A stretch of DNA of 64,000 nt, taken from the NCBI GenBank assembly GCA_017499595.2, contig CM039001.1, positions 620,001 to 684,000 on the forward strand, given 5' to 3'. Of this stretch, positions 51,268 to 64,000 are shown piece by piece. Under the pieces are notes generated by a model. The model saw only the letters and a list, made by a program, of their open reading frames with translations, did no database searches and was not told where the DNA came from. Numbering within the stretch: the first letter of the stretch is position 1; the number at the start of each line of letters is the position of its first letter. The position numbers and the translations under genes are program-made. Source of the stretch: Psilocybe cubensis. Lineage: Eukaryota.

Positions 51268-51759
51268 TGCTATGGGGAGAAAAGCAATCAGTACTAGTCT
51301 GGGTACCCATGAAGGATCAAACAATCATTCTCTGTCAAAGCATAAGCCACAAAGCTCGAAGTCGAATGCCAGCGCTACTGTCCTCCCTTCCGTATGAATA
51401 CAGTATTCAATGGATACCAAGGTCCCTCATTGATGCTAAATGGCTATGATCATCAGTGACGGTCCAGCTAGTATTATAGGCGGCCACCGGCCTCTCAGTA
51501 AATCCGAGGGCTGAAATATATATACAAATATTAGTCCTAGCTGTAGAGTATCATTATTTCTCTGAATATCGTTTCTTCATTCGGTTCTCGAAGGATCGAG
51601 CAAAAGCCCTTAAAAGCTCAATTTCGTCCGTGTTCATGGCACGTGTATTTTTAGTACCATTCCCACGAACCGAAGTAACAAAAGGCCATCGTCTCGCTCC
51701 CATCTCTCACTACGCCGTCTGGTGGGAGGTAAGTACATTGCCTCAGCTCCGCGTGCGCG

Positions 51760-53104
51760 ATGGACTGCACAATATGTCTTGACATCATGGACCAAACTGG
51801 CTATTGTCTGCCTTGCGGTATGCCCGCTTTCAATTTGCCTCGCTTTCCTGGGAGAGAGCTGTAGTTAACAATCGGCTATTGTCATTACAGGCCATATATT
51901 CTGCCAACGCTGTCTAGAGGAACATTGGGAACTCAATTCTACAGTCAACCGAACTCTGTTATGTCCTACCTGTCGTAGTGAAGTCCATAGCCCCAGTACG
52001 TCGCGATAATCTAAGATATATACTGCGTCCTCTTCCATGTCGTATTAAATAATCGACCTTTCTGCATTTCATTTGTTTAACGGAAAACTCTTTCTAAACC
52101 TATCAGACATCAAGTACTGATTGAATTTAACGCCAGGGGCGTCTGTGGATTGTATTAGGAAAGTATTCATTAGTTCAACCCAATCGCCTTCGTCGGGAGA
52201 AGAAATGCGCCAACTTCGTGAGACGTTGGCCAAGACATGCGACGAGAAGGATGCAATCTTTCGGGACCTGCTCTCCACACGCGATTCCCAAGCCCAAGTA
52301 GAACAACTGCTCAGGGATGCCTTGGACGACGCGGAACTCAAGGAAAGGCAAATGCAAGATCTTAAACATCAATTACAACAAGCTCAAGAGGCGCTCAACC
52401 GTGCTTCCTTAGATTCAAAGACAAGCGACGCTCTCTCACAGCTAGAGATCAAGAATCTGCAAGAGGAAAATGAACTACAGAAGGCCGACATCGAACTACT
52501 TGAAGATGAAAATGAAGGCCTCAAGAGCGTGATTGAAGACTATGAGAAAGAGATTAAAGTCCAGCAGAATCAGATCGGTATCCTTTACATGAAAGCAACT
52601 GCATCAGAGAGGGATATCGAGGCGCTGCAAGCAACGATCCAAATCAAGAAAGAGTTCGACACCAGAGCAGTTCAAGATAGTTTCAGTGATGGACGAGATA
52701 GCTATGATACCCGTTCGGGGCAACATCCAATCATCAACCCTCCTGGCACATCTGCTTCGCCTACTCCCACAACTACTTCAAGAAGCTCCTCAGCGACAGC
52801 TAAATCTGAAGATAGCACAAGCGCTCACGGTTCAGTTTCAAATTCCCAGGATGGACTCTCACCTCCCGCTGAGTCATCTTCTGGTACGAGAACGTTGAGA
52901 AGAGGAGATGCGATTCAGTACGAAGGGTTTTCCTATCCCAAAGAACATGCGGTCCCTGATTGCGTCCCGGCGCGCAAGGGACGTCACCAATTTTCTGGTA
53001 CTGGAAGTAACGCCTATTATACACACTTCAGCTGCAAACATTGCCACTTCAAATGCAAGGAACCCAAACCAAAGTCCAAGAAAGGTGTTGAACTACTTCG
53101 CTGA
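51760..53104 (+). CDS. RING-HC + coiled-coil protein with C-terminal Cys/His module (paralog 3)
   Basis: MDCTICLDIMDQTGYCLPC|GHIFCQRC...LCPTCR, then SVDCIRKVFI, coiled coil, S/T linker and the Cys/His tail. Confidence 0.88.
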
Positions 53105-53579
53105 ACCATTACGCTTGCTAACGCCTAAATATTTTAACATTAGAAACCGGTATTGCCCCATCAGCAATGTAGCTGTTTAACTGCGGATGTGACGTAGGCA
53201 CGGATCTTCCTCGAGGAGTGAACAGCCCTGTGCATCGAGGTATATGTATCTATCCTTATATACTATAGTGTCAAGCCAAAACACTTTTTTAAAAGTCCTC
53301 GATTTCCCCTTTCATATGATTACATATCATTTTTACCCATTGTTCTGCTTTTCGAACAACCATGAGGTTGACTTGAGGCCGTGTTGGCATCATTATAGTC
53401 ATGATGTTACCCACAACTTCGTTGCTCGATCTGACGGGGTGTGCCGGTACAGTGGGAAAGCTCATTGACTCGATTCCTTTATCTGGGCCCTTGAAATACG
53501 AAGTATGAGTTGCCACTCATTCAAATTGCCACCATCGTTGTCTGGATATTCCAACTGCTCTTTGTCCTTCGTATCTATC

Positions 53580-54702
53580 ATGCAATGTACTATATGTCTA
53601 GAGACCATACAAGACGCGGGTCTCTGCTTACCCTGCGGTACGTGTTTGAAAGTTGATCGATTCCTCTATTGACCACCCCTTTACCGATAGGCCATATCTT
53701 TTGTGAATCCTGTGTTAAGAGTCACACAGATAATAATCAAAATTATGAAGGAAAAATCCTATGCCCGACTTGCCGCAGTCAAACCTTTCCAAGTATGTAA
53801 ATGGTTGCGTTTAAGGTGGTTCCACTTTAATATTGAATTTTTTTAGTATTGTCCGCAGAAAGCATTAGACAAGTGTACCTCAACTCATCAACCCAATCTG
53901 CTTCCTACTCAGAAAATATTGAGAGCCTTAAAAAACTCCTGGAGGTAACCATCGGGGAGAAGGATACTGCACTAGTCGAGCTGGCCACCTTCCGGGAGCG
54001 CGAAGCAACGTGGAGTAGACTCCTCAAGGAAGCAATCAATCGCAACGAAAGGAAGAACAACGCTACTTTAGATCTCAAATTACAAATCGATGTTCTACAG
54101 CGTAAATGTGAGGAATATGCTTCTCGGGATGCGGTTGCACAGCGTGTTGTTAAAAACCTGCAAGCGGTGAATGCATCGCAAGCTAAAAAAATCGAGCAGC
54201 TCAATCAGGAGTCGGATACCTTGAAAAATCTGATGAAGGACATTCAAGACGAGAATGAGAAGCGGAAGGAAGAACTGGAGGATCTTGTCACCGCTCAGTC
54301 AAGGGTAATTGAGAGGATGAAAAGGGACGTTGAGAAATCACAGACAAGTCCACAAAGTATGAAGCCAAACTCGGGTTCCAGAACTGGTCACAAAGTTCAG
54401 ATATCCAGAAATATTGGACAAGTACCTCGTGGACCACGTATATCCGGTGATATTTTTCCTGCAGGAAGCTCTGGCAACTCAGGAGCAGGTAAGCATATGG
54501 TTTAATACCTATGGGAGATATCCAGCCTAACCAAACACTAGACTTGCAAACGATACCGGAATTCAAGAAACGTGATGGGTGGCTGATGATTCCAGACGAA
54601 GTGGAAGCACAAGGCCGTTCTTGGCTGTTAGAGCACTGGTTGACAACACAAGACGACGCTTTGCCCGAGAAAGGAGAACCCATACAAGTGGAACAGGTCT
54701 GA
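53580..54702 (+). CDS. RING-HC + coiled-coil protein (paralog 4)
   Basis: MQCTICLETIQDAGLCLPC|GHIFCESC...LCPTCR, then SAESIRQVYL and coiled coil. A phase-compatible third intron (~54489-54541) adds DLQTIPEFKKRDGW...EQV*; unspliced, the ORF stops at 54505. Confidence 0.82.
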
Positions 54703-55326
54703 GATGAAGGGTGTCAAAGTTATTCAGCCATATCTGCCATATCATAGTCATTTAGTTTGCATGTATATACATAAACAACAAAAGCGTTTGCACACTTTGT
54801 AGAAATGGGGTCAATTTGAGAGATTAAGTGCTCCTAGAACGTACAGGCGAAACAATTGTTGCAGAGTTTACCGGATGTCTAGATCTGTGAGTTAGAGTGA
54901 CCTTGCACAGAAGTATCCATTTAAAGCAACAGATCCCTGACAGTGATTGCGTGGTGGGGTTAGAGAGCGGAGGTTGGAAAAGAGTTCAAAGGCGTTTCAG
55001 CCTCTTAGCCCAGTGGAACGGTTAGATTTGAAGGAAAGAATCCAAAGGGATGCGCACGGGCCATAATGCTGTAAGAATGAAAAGATGTTGATATCATGTG
55101 ATCACTCTCAAAGGTCGTCGGAAAAAAATAACTATACCTGCCCTGCTTTGTTCTTTGCTTCGAAAATCTTAGGGTGCTCAAAAATGAGTCCAAATGGTGA
55201 TAAAAACGATATAAAGGCGCTTCATTTATTCAAACTTCGATATTTGCATTTCAGTACATAAAGCAAACTCTCGATTGGTGACCATTGGTGACAATCAATT
55301 CTCGCCTATATCCAACTTCGACGCTT

Positions 55327-55729
55327 CTACGATTGGCCGTAACAATAGGCCTGGTTGTTCTGAAGTTGAATCTGTCCAGGATGGAAAAAGTCTTCCTTGC
55401 AACAACCAGAGGACTGTACACCAGGAGGGCAAACTTGATTGGGTTGAGATGCCAAAGGGACACCTGTTAAAGGGGGAAGGGCAAGTAAGCATATATTTGT
55501 GAACAGTGGAACATGAGTAAAAAGTTAGAATGCTACACTTACACCCTAACCCCGTTCCAGGTACTACCTGGGGCCATGACTGCCATGTCATATAGGTGCA
55601 GCACGATGGAATGAAATTGAGATTGCATGTAATGCGCTTCTCAAGCTCCGGCAACGGGTTGGCACTCGCAAACGACGCGAGGAGGCCAAGAGCGACGAAG
55701 ATAGTAGACTTTGCTATGCTGGTGCGCAT
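55327..55729 (-). CDS. Small secreted 8-Cys hydrophobin-like protein
   Basis: Removing intron 55464-55542 gives MRTSIAKSTIFVALGLLASFASANPLPELEKRITCNLNFIPSCCTYMTWQSWPQVVPGTGLGCVPLASQPNQVCPPGVQSSGCCKEDFFHPGQIQLQNNQAYCYGQS*. It has a signal peptide and a C-CC-C-C-CC-C pattern. Confidence 0.85.
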
Positions 55730-56789
55730 GTCGATCGGATGCTTGTTATCTGTTCCTATCTTGGTTGGGAGCTGACGGATAGATACCATTACAACCCAGT
55801 TTAAATATCTTTTTTGCAAGTTACGTAGTTACTTTTCCGCCTTGAACTAGATGGGGATCCCCGGTCAATGACACAGGGACCTCATACAGATTTCACATCG
55901 CTTGTCTGTTGACATTGTTTTCGTTGATATTTCATTTAGACGCCGAGATTGTGTATCAGTATTTGCATTTTATTTTTAGAACAACCAGGCACCTGCTGCT
56001 AGATACTTTATTCTTTGACCACGGAATTGAAAAGGAATGAATCCTGTGCAAATTGTGCGCTAGCAACATCATGCAACATTGTAATATGGATTTGGCTATG
56101 TCCACCTTTTCCGGTGAGAAAATTTGCATAATCATTAACATTAAAAATGTCAAATTCCGCAAAATTTCCGAAAGAATGAATTGTTGGGCGTCTACTATAT
56201 CCTTCTCCGAAACGGTTCCACAACTTCAACCAAGCGGGATGTCCTAAACTGTGTTATATATTTTCTGTCGCTAACGGAGGCCATTGAATGCGACATCAGA
56301 GCGGGAAACGGGGTATTTTAAACTAGTTGCAGGCGGACAGAACTCCGTAGAGTGATTTTGTGTGGACATTAGCAAATTCGAAGCGGTAAAAGGTAAAACA
56401 TGATAGTAAGACGGGAAGGAAATTATCTCCGATGTCATTGTTTCATCAAAACCCACGGTGATGTATATCAACCAAAGACAAGAAAGGGCAAAGGTCAAGG
56501 AGATCAGATAGACTACAAAGCTCTCGTTAAGAGTGTTCACTCAGAATTATAAGCTGGGGACCAAAGGTGCAGGTATACTGTATGAGTCATGAGAATTCAG
56601 TGTGTGATGCGCTGAACCCGTCGCATCCACTCGTCAATTATGTAAGGCACTGGCAAATTGCGTGGGAAGGGAATGTGTTTACAATACAAACTAGACAAAG
56701 AACGAAATGCGCTGATGCTCGCACTAATTTCCTCTGTCTTCTGACAGAATGCTAGCATTTCTGGTAGATGATTTTTAGGTGCCGTCTTC

Positions 56790-59277
56790 CTACTGCGTTT
56801 GTACCATTTCCATGACGAGAGGCAATTTTGCCTTGTCACTAGATCCATGGATGGTGGGTGCGGCTATTCCTGTCATTTTCCAGATGATCTCCTTTTCCGA
56901 AGGGGTGAATTTGAATGAAGTTATTAAAGATGATAGCACAGATTCTGTGTAGCCAGGCCGATGGATTAACAGTAGTGTGAAACATTGACCGAAAATGCTT
57001 ACTCATTTCCAGCTGCGAGAACTTGAATCCACTGTCAATGAGTAATTCTTTCTTTAGTGATTAATTTGAATCGAGAAGAGTATATGCTCACATGCATGAC
57101 CTCCCTCCACCAATAAATGTCATTCTGATAGAGCAGCATGTCAGTCAGAGCGCCACAAAGGCTGTAGACGAGAAATAAAAAGGCCTACAGGTTTGAGTAT
57201 ATTCCGGGTAGATGAGCTTGAGTGACTGTTTCTGGGAGCGGATTCAGCCAACGCTCTGGTTTCCATTCATTTGCGTCCGGGCCCCACAGGTCTGGGTTGC
57301 GGTTACAAGCCATAATCCCGATTATTATATCAGTGTTTTCCGGGACTAGGAGCTCTGTTAACTCTTCTCCAGTCGTTGCCTTAATTGGCTTGGACAGCGA
57401 GAGCACAACGTCTTTCCGAGTGGTTCTTTGGAGGCGCGTTACAGGGGGGAAACTAATTCTCCAATTAATAATTTGAATTATGTTAAAATGATGCTGACGT
57501 ACAGCCTGAGCGTCTCGCGGCATATGGCGTCTAGGTAAGGCAACGCGACGAGCACGTCGTAAGACAAATCATTCCCATGGGCCATTTTTGCCTCGGCTAA
57601 TTCAAGACGAAGTCTTTCTTGTACGTCCTGATTTATAGAAAGCAGATGCAAGATTCTAGCCAACCCTGCTGAAGTGGTATCGGTACCAGCAAAAATCAAA
57701 GTTCTGAAATGGCAAATCTTGTAGACCAAAGTAAAGTGAAGGACGGCATCACTCACGCTATCTGCCCTATAATCTCGTCTTCTGGTAGCTTATCCTCGTT
57801 TGATGCATTAAGATTAGCTCTCACTAAAATTTAATTAGTGTCAATAGCAACCAATTAGGAGAGGTCCTCACTGAGTATGCTAAGAATGTCCTTCCCTTGG
57901 CCTATCTGTTTTGTAACAAGTTCGTCCCCTGCATAAAGGGCTTTCTTCTTGGATTCATATACTTCGAGGGATGTGCTGTAGGTCAAGTCCACAATGTCCC
58001 GAAAACGGTGTAAATCCTTCAGTGGGAGGATGTCAAGTATGAATCGGCGAAATCTGGGAGTTCCAATCCGGACAATGGTTGGCAGGAGATACGTGCGAGA
58101 AAACCGAAACTTTATCAAAGCAGGGCTACAAACGTAGATTACGTTAAAATCTTTTAGTATAATACTCGTAATGCAAAAATACCTACCCAAGATCCTTTAT
58201 GGCTTGTGTGAATGGATGCGGTATACCGTCTGCCGTTAAAGGGTCGAAAGAATAAGCTAAGCCACTCTGACCCAGTAGCTCCATTGCTGTTCGAGTCAAC
58301 CAATGCATGATATCAACCTTCAAAATATTGTAAGACTAGAAATAGCAAAATGTCTGTTTTATATACCTCTTGCGGACCACTCTGTACTTTACTTTTCAAA
58401 GTATTGCAAAGCCTATTAACCACAAGAGAAAAGATTGGAACTTTGATTTTTTGATCAGTGACTTCCTTGCTGTGCAACAGATTATGACAAAAATACAAAC
58501 CCATATCTCGCATGTGAGCTATCGAAAACACAGGGTTCAACATTTTTCTTTGCTTCCGGTGGTGTTCGCCTGCCTCAAAGATGCGTGAGAAGGGGATGAA
58601 TCTTTAAGAATTATTAGGCAAAACACGTACCGTTCGTACTCAGGAGCCCATTTCCGAACATTAACTTTCTCCCTCTGGGAATATATCAGCGGCTGCAAAG
58701 TGAATTGCGCTCAGATACTAAATTCCATACTCACTCGATGACTCCTGTGCCTTCTTCAAAAATGTGTTGATCCTATAAGACAAAATAGAGTTAGCTTGTG
58801 TTAGAAAGTCAGTAAATTCAACGACCTTGGTGAGAATTTGAGTAAGGGCCTTGGGGTCGAATATGAAAAGCTGATTTTCCTAAGATACTGGTGTCAGATC
58901 TGACGGGTCGTTCAAGAAGAGCGCCCGAACGTACGCCAAGCAATGCCTTAACCTTGACTACAGTCCCATCTTTTCAAAGACGTTAGACAAAGTCTCGACT
59001 GACGCACAAATGAAGAACGCACATTGTTCCATTTCTGAATAAAACTCCCATGCATTGGGATTGAAGGCTTCCCTGAAAGTACCTATCAAACACCTCGTCA
59101 GACAGTAGTAAATGAAATGGATTGTTTGTTACAATTACCTTTGAAGAACGATTTCGACGGGGGTCCCGGAACAACGTTGAGCCCTGCATTTGCCACAATC
59201 CGACGGAGCTGTTTCAAGCAAAAACGTATAAATAGCACGATACAGACGGTTTGTGCAGCAAGTAATAGCTTGAACAT
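56790..59277 (-). CDS. Cytochrome P450 (CYP5150-like)
   Basis: VPGPPSKSF, LIFAGTDTTS, CRETLRL, WKPERWL, MTFIGGGRSC|IGFKFSQLEM; many short exons. Confidence 0.92.
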
Positions 59278-60649
59278 CCTTGGCGGTACTATAAGAATCA
59301 ATTCAGCTCAGCCAAAGCCTCGTAGAAGTTGGTATTATGCCTACGTTTACTCTAACCTTTATATACCATTTCATGGAGTAGTGGCACGGGGGGATAAGCA
59401 GTGATTCTCTACGGAAACGGGCCCGTTAATCGTTCGGAAGGCGTCCGTACATGCTTTTTTCCCAGTGCTTTTAGAAGCGGAATCTGATGACAACTCCAAA
59501 ATAAGCACATACGTATCCCAATGGCACGACACGACGATCCTTAAATTAGATGGCTTACCAAAAATTGACTACGCGTTTTACGTCCCATTTTTTGTCGCAA
59601 TCCCTCAACTTGTCTTCGGTGATATTACACCTTGCATGAGGCAAAGCCATGTTGTAGCGACTCAGCTTAATGTGGAGGCAAGTGTAGGGTGCCACACTGT
59701 TCCAATATATCCCAATCGGACGGTAGTTATCATCAAAAGGTTAGAGCCTTTGAGTGTCTTACCAAGGCTATTGAAGTTGCAATCAGTAGTTAAAACACAA
59801 AATTTTCAGTCACATTGACATAGGTAAGTAAAATGTGCAAATCATACTGATATCTTGTTGTTCTTGCTGAGTGGTTGACTAGTCAGTGGTAACAGACAGA
59901 GGCAGGGAACGACAGCCAGCCCCTTTACGCATGTGACCGATAACTCGGTAGTCGGGCTAGTTAAAACCGGTGGTGCAACTCGTCCAACATAACTTTAAGC
60001 CAACTTCAAGCTTCCGAATACTTTCACCGCACAGAGTTTGGACAAAGACTGTAATTTCCTCTTGATCAGAACTTTTCAAGGTCTACTCACATGAAAATGC
60101 GACATAATTCGGATTAATCTCAGGAAATGCGCTGGACTTGAGACCAGATTCAACAATCTGTGTCAAATATATGCTGCCTAAAGAAAGTGGATACTTCTTT
60201 CTGAATTATCATACATTTAAACTAAACAAATTCTGTGAATTCTCCACACTTTCGTAGTTTATCAATTAAAATTATCCCTCTGTTTGTAAAGCCAAATGCT
60301 AGAGCTATCGTTGGATGTGTCATGCTGCTGCTTGCTTGTGACTCCGTCAAGTTATAAGTTTGCACATCTGCGATCTATCATTGGCAGTAATTCTTCAAAA
60401 CATTTAATCGATCTGCCTTTCTTATCTTGTAGTAGCCCTGGCTGTAACATACGGTTTGTGAAATCACATTTACCCCCTGACCGTCGTCGGGCCACTCGAG
60501 CGGTAATTCAAGGCAAATAATCTAATATTAATATGACCCTGAGTGATTACCCTGTTCTAACAACGAACTCGAGATGTAAGAACTTGGAATCTCATGGTGT
60601 TTGGGGGTCGTAGGCCATTCTAACCTAAATCCCAATTATTCGAGTACGA

Positions 60650-62100
60650 TTTCATCAGAATAAACAAGAAACTCATGATTCCATTCCTTTCATCGGAAAT
60701 CGCAAGGTCGGTGAAGATAACAGTGATTGAGTTTTTGGATCGAGCGCTTGATATCTTGGACCGTCGTTCTCACGACGGCCTGATGCGAACATTGCGAAGC
60801 GCCTGTACCACTTGTTGAAAATAATCATCAAAGGTGTGTTCCACGTGTTTCGAAAGTCTGCTTCTTATTTTTCCTTATTGCTATATGAACTTTAACCTTT
60901 AGCGACAATCAAAAGGATCGAAATCCTGAGATGAGTCATTTTGACACAAACTCAATAGGTCGGTGCTTTTTTGTTCACTGAATGGCCCCGTTTTAATGGA
61001 GTCAGCGGTATTACTTAGATGGAAAATGTCTTGCCAACTCGTCTTGCCAACTACAGTCCATTCGGCGGGGACTCTATTCGTCAGTGAGATAGAAACATTA
61101 ATATTTTTTGTGGTTATCTCGTGTGTATTTACCTGGCCTGCATAAAAGTCTAGCGCAGCACCCGGTACCATTTAGTGGTCAGCTTGTAATCGAAAACTAT
61201 CACAATGCGTACATGTTTATACTTTACATATACGTCCTTCAAGGCTTCGATCACCATCACACGGGTGCTATATAGGGAAAGTAGCGATACATACCCTAAC
61301 ATATCTACATAATGGATAGGAATGATGCGAAACTGGGTCACAAGATAAAACCTTGAGTCATGTACCAAGTACGACGCCGGCCGCTATCGATACGACGATG
61401 CCTAGATGTTTTGTTTACAATCAATATTATTGCAGCATGCTCACTCTAACGACTGTGAGAGTATTTCTAGCTTGGCCCTGGGTCCTTAATTGCATCTTAG
61501 AGGTTTAAAGTCTCGCTCGCTTGCATGGTCCAAAGTCCTGTAATTTTTAGTGGTTGCAGAATATGCTGAGATTCAAGGAGTTGTCTCTTCAATTAACCTT
61601 GCACTTGCGATCTCCAAGCCAACATTCACACGCCAAGGTGTGTCTAATATAAATCCACGAAACGGTCTTATGAGCCCACCACAAATGTAAACAGAGCATG
61701 TAAAGCTGTATTTGCACGGGCTCATGATACTTTTGGTGGCGTTGTACAGATTGACTTTGACACGGCAAGCTAAAGAATAGATTCCGTGCTTCAAAGTGCG
61801 CTTATTTCGGGAAAGCTCCATAAAGATGGCAGATACCGCCATCGAATGTGCACAAACATCGACGTGAAGATTGCATGGCAATCAGACATATTATTCATTA
61901 CAGCATATTATCAAGCTAAAACAACTCGAAGGTTTTGATGAAGTCGCAATCGTCTGTGGGTTAGCACAAGAACAGGTCGGCCGAGATTTTTTTAACTATC
62001 TCTCATTATTGACGGAGGTCGTGGTTGCCAGTAAGTGTAGCTGGCATTGTGTGTTGAAAAATAAAAATCAACTCGTAGAGTTTTAATTATTATCAAATAA
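60650..62100 (-). pseudogene. Possible degenerate multi-exon gene remnant
   Basis: Several intron-like GT...CTAAC/CTGAC...AG segments with hydrophobic fragments, but I could not assemble a stop-free model. Confidence 0.2.
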
Positions 62101-63082
62101 GTACAGTAACAGACCGTGGATGCATGTGCCATCATTGCATATGCTCTCATGTTGCTCCCAAAGTCCAGAAAGATCGACTACTCGGGGCCCTGATCACGAT
62201 CAATGAAAGATGTACCATCCATCTGGAGCAGAGTCACAGGAAATAATTGAAGCGGAGTCTCAATATTAGCCACGTGTCTGTAGGTTATCTCGTGACTTGG
62301 TATTCCGAACTTCTCCCACCCGCAGGGATCCTCCCGCGATCCACCATTTTGAAGGCGAAAGGGTACACTTCTCAATTTCTGCTGATGCCGTTATATTTTA
62401 TTAACTCTGAACCGAGGACTTAGAATTCTTTTTTTGGTCCCAGACTCACAAATCGCCCCTCTGTCAAAAAGATACTCCTGGAACGAGGCCACCAGTTCAA
62501 CCGTCTTGGATGTCGCTTGACTTACACGCCACAATACGTTTCACTGATCCTCCCTTCGTGGCGTTGCGCCCGCCCCTAAGTACTGTTCAGGAACTCCGAG
62601 AGGGTATTGGAAGGTCTCCGTACCACGGCGCCATACTGAATCTTACTGGTTGTTGGCAATTGCAATATTGTTCTGAAGTTCTGATTGAAGTCATGGTCGC
62701 TTTGTACTCGCTGATCATGCGTTGACCCTTATAATCAGTGTGTTTTCCTGGAGCTATACTCTATTGAAATGAACGAACGCTGAATACTGAAAATCTTCGC
62801 CATTGAGTCCCGTCTTTCCGGAGTTTTTGTTGGTCACCGTGCGAGTGGATACGATCAAGCTTTGCTCATATAATCTGGGTCCGACCCCGGATACCCTTCC
62901 ATTGCATCTGGAAAGGAACAGTTCGACTCAGAAGGTCGGCAACCCGTCAGGGTATATGCTTCTTTTCTCCATCGCATCCTTGTGTCGTAACTAAAGATAA
63001 AGAGGCACCAGGTCATTCCCGGACCCTCTTGTGCTCAACTCCTCTTACCCTCAGCATCACGCTCCTTTGAACTGGAAGCATA

Positions 63083-64000
63083 ATGGTCGACGTCAGGCTA
63101 TCGTAAGTTCGCAAGCTATTCCTTCATCGTTGCCGATGGGTTGAAAGTATTTGTCTCGCATTATCTCACAGGTTCGGGCCTATGCTCATAGGCACCTTCT
63201 TCAATATGATTCTCTATGGGGTAGCTCCACAATTTCTTCTGTGATATGTGAGATACACACTTAGCACACTTTCTAGATTTTGATTGCTCAGGTCCGTTTC
63301 GTCTAAATGTTTCTTGAAGCAAGCTCACTTCTCGAAAGACTTACCACTACTACCTGACGTTCAAAAGGTAAATCACCGTTTCTCTATGCCTTCTTGAAGT
63401 CGACTAACAATCGTAAAGAGATGCACCATGGATCAGATATTTAGTTATGTATCTGTTTATTGTCGAAACGCTTAATACGGGCTTCAACATGGCTATGATG
63501 TACCAACCACTCATAGAGAAATTCGGTACGTAATTTTTTAACAACGGACGGGTCATCGCAAAGCTAAACGCCAATCTTGCAGGCCAAGAAGAAGCTACTA
63601 AATTTTTTCCAACATGTGAGGCATTGCTTGCTCTCTTTTCATACAAATATTCATTACATTAACCAGTATTTGCGGCTGGTACGAGGACCCAATGCTCCAT
63701 GATTCATATTCCGCTGATTGACTGTCCTCGATTCAGAGCCCATCATTATTGTGAGTATTTACGTATGCCGATGCTTTCAATTAATCTAATCGCTTCGCAG
63801 GTCGCGATATCCACGCCCATCCAAGTGTTTTTTGCATGGAGAATTAGACTCCTCACCAAACAAACAATATTACCTCTTATAATCGTTATCCTTGCTCTAG
63901 TTTCGACTGGTAAGAAGATCTTTTTTTGACAGTGAGTTTGAATGAATGTTCAAGCTGGTCGTAGGTGGCGGCACGTATACGACGGTTTTGATTGTCAAGA
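63083..64000 (+). CDS. DUF6534-type multi-pass membrane protein, 5' part (runs off the window)
   Basis: Spliced MVDVRLS|FGPMLIGTFFNMILYG|ILIAQ|TYHYYLTFK|RDAPWIRYLVMYLFIVETLNT... and IQVFFAWRIRLL; includes a 15-nt micro-exon. Confidence 0.8.

Noticed and set aside
51267..51397. Open reading in another frame after the stop of RING paralog 2 (possible frameshifted tail)
   Set aside because: No similarity to the tails of the other paralogs, so it cannot be distinguished from chance.
31375..59277. Secondary-metabolite or RiPP gene cluster suggested by three P450s
   Set aside because: No PKS, NRPS, terpene synthase or repeat/MSDIN-type precursor peptide is seen in the window, and the P450s are separated by unrelated genes.

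Overview
Intron-rich fungal genomic DNA, most consistent with an Agaricomycete (mushroom-forming basidiomycete): short GT-AG introns, DUF6533/DUF6534-type membrane proteins, fungal-type protein kinases. The left part holds conserved genes: a coiled-coil protein, a ~10 kb neurofibromin/Ira RasGAP, a Nam8/Ngr1-type RRM protein with a very long U-rich 3' region, a DUF6533 protein, a tiny 3-exon metallothionein missed by the ORF track, and RRP7. The right part looks like a duplication-rich accessory region. It contains two tandem P450s with two identical, inverted, intron-containing tRNA-Arg(UCG) genes, a WBP2/GRAM-like PY-motif protein, a fungal-type kinase pair (one pseudogene) and an Ies2/INO80B gene. 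It also contains four tandem RING-HC + coiled-coil genes with exchangeable C-termini (two carry a conserved C-x7-H-x15-C-x2-C module I do not recognise), a hydrophobin-like protein with atypical spacing, a third P450 and the start of a DUF6534 gene. Gene models were spliced by eye; family names come from recalled motifs, not database searches.
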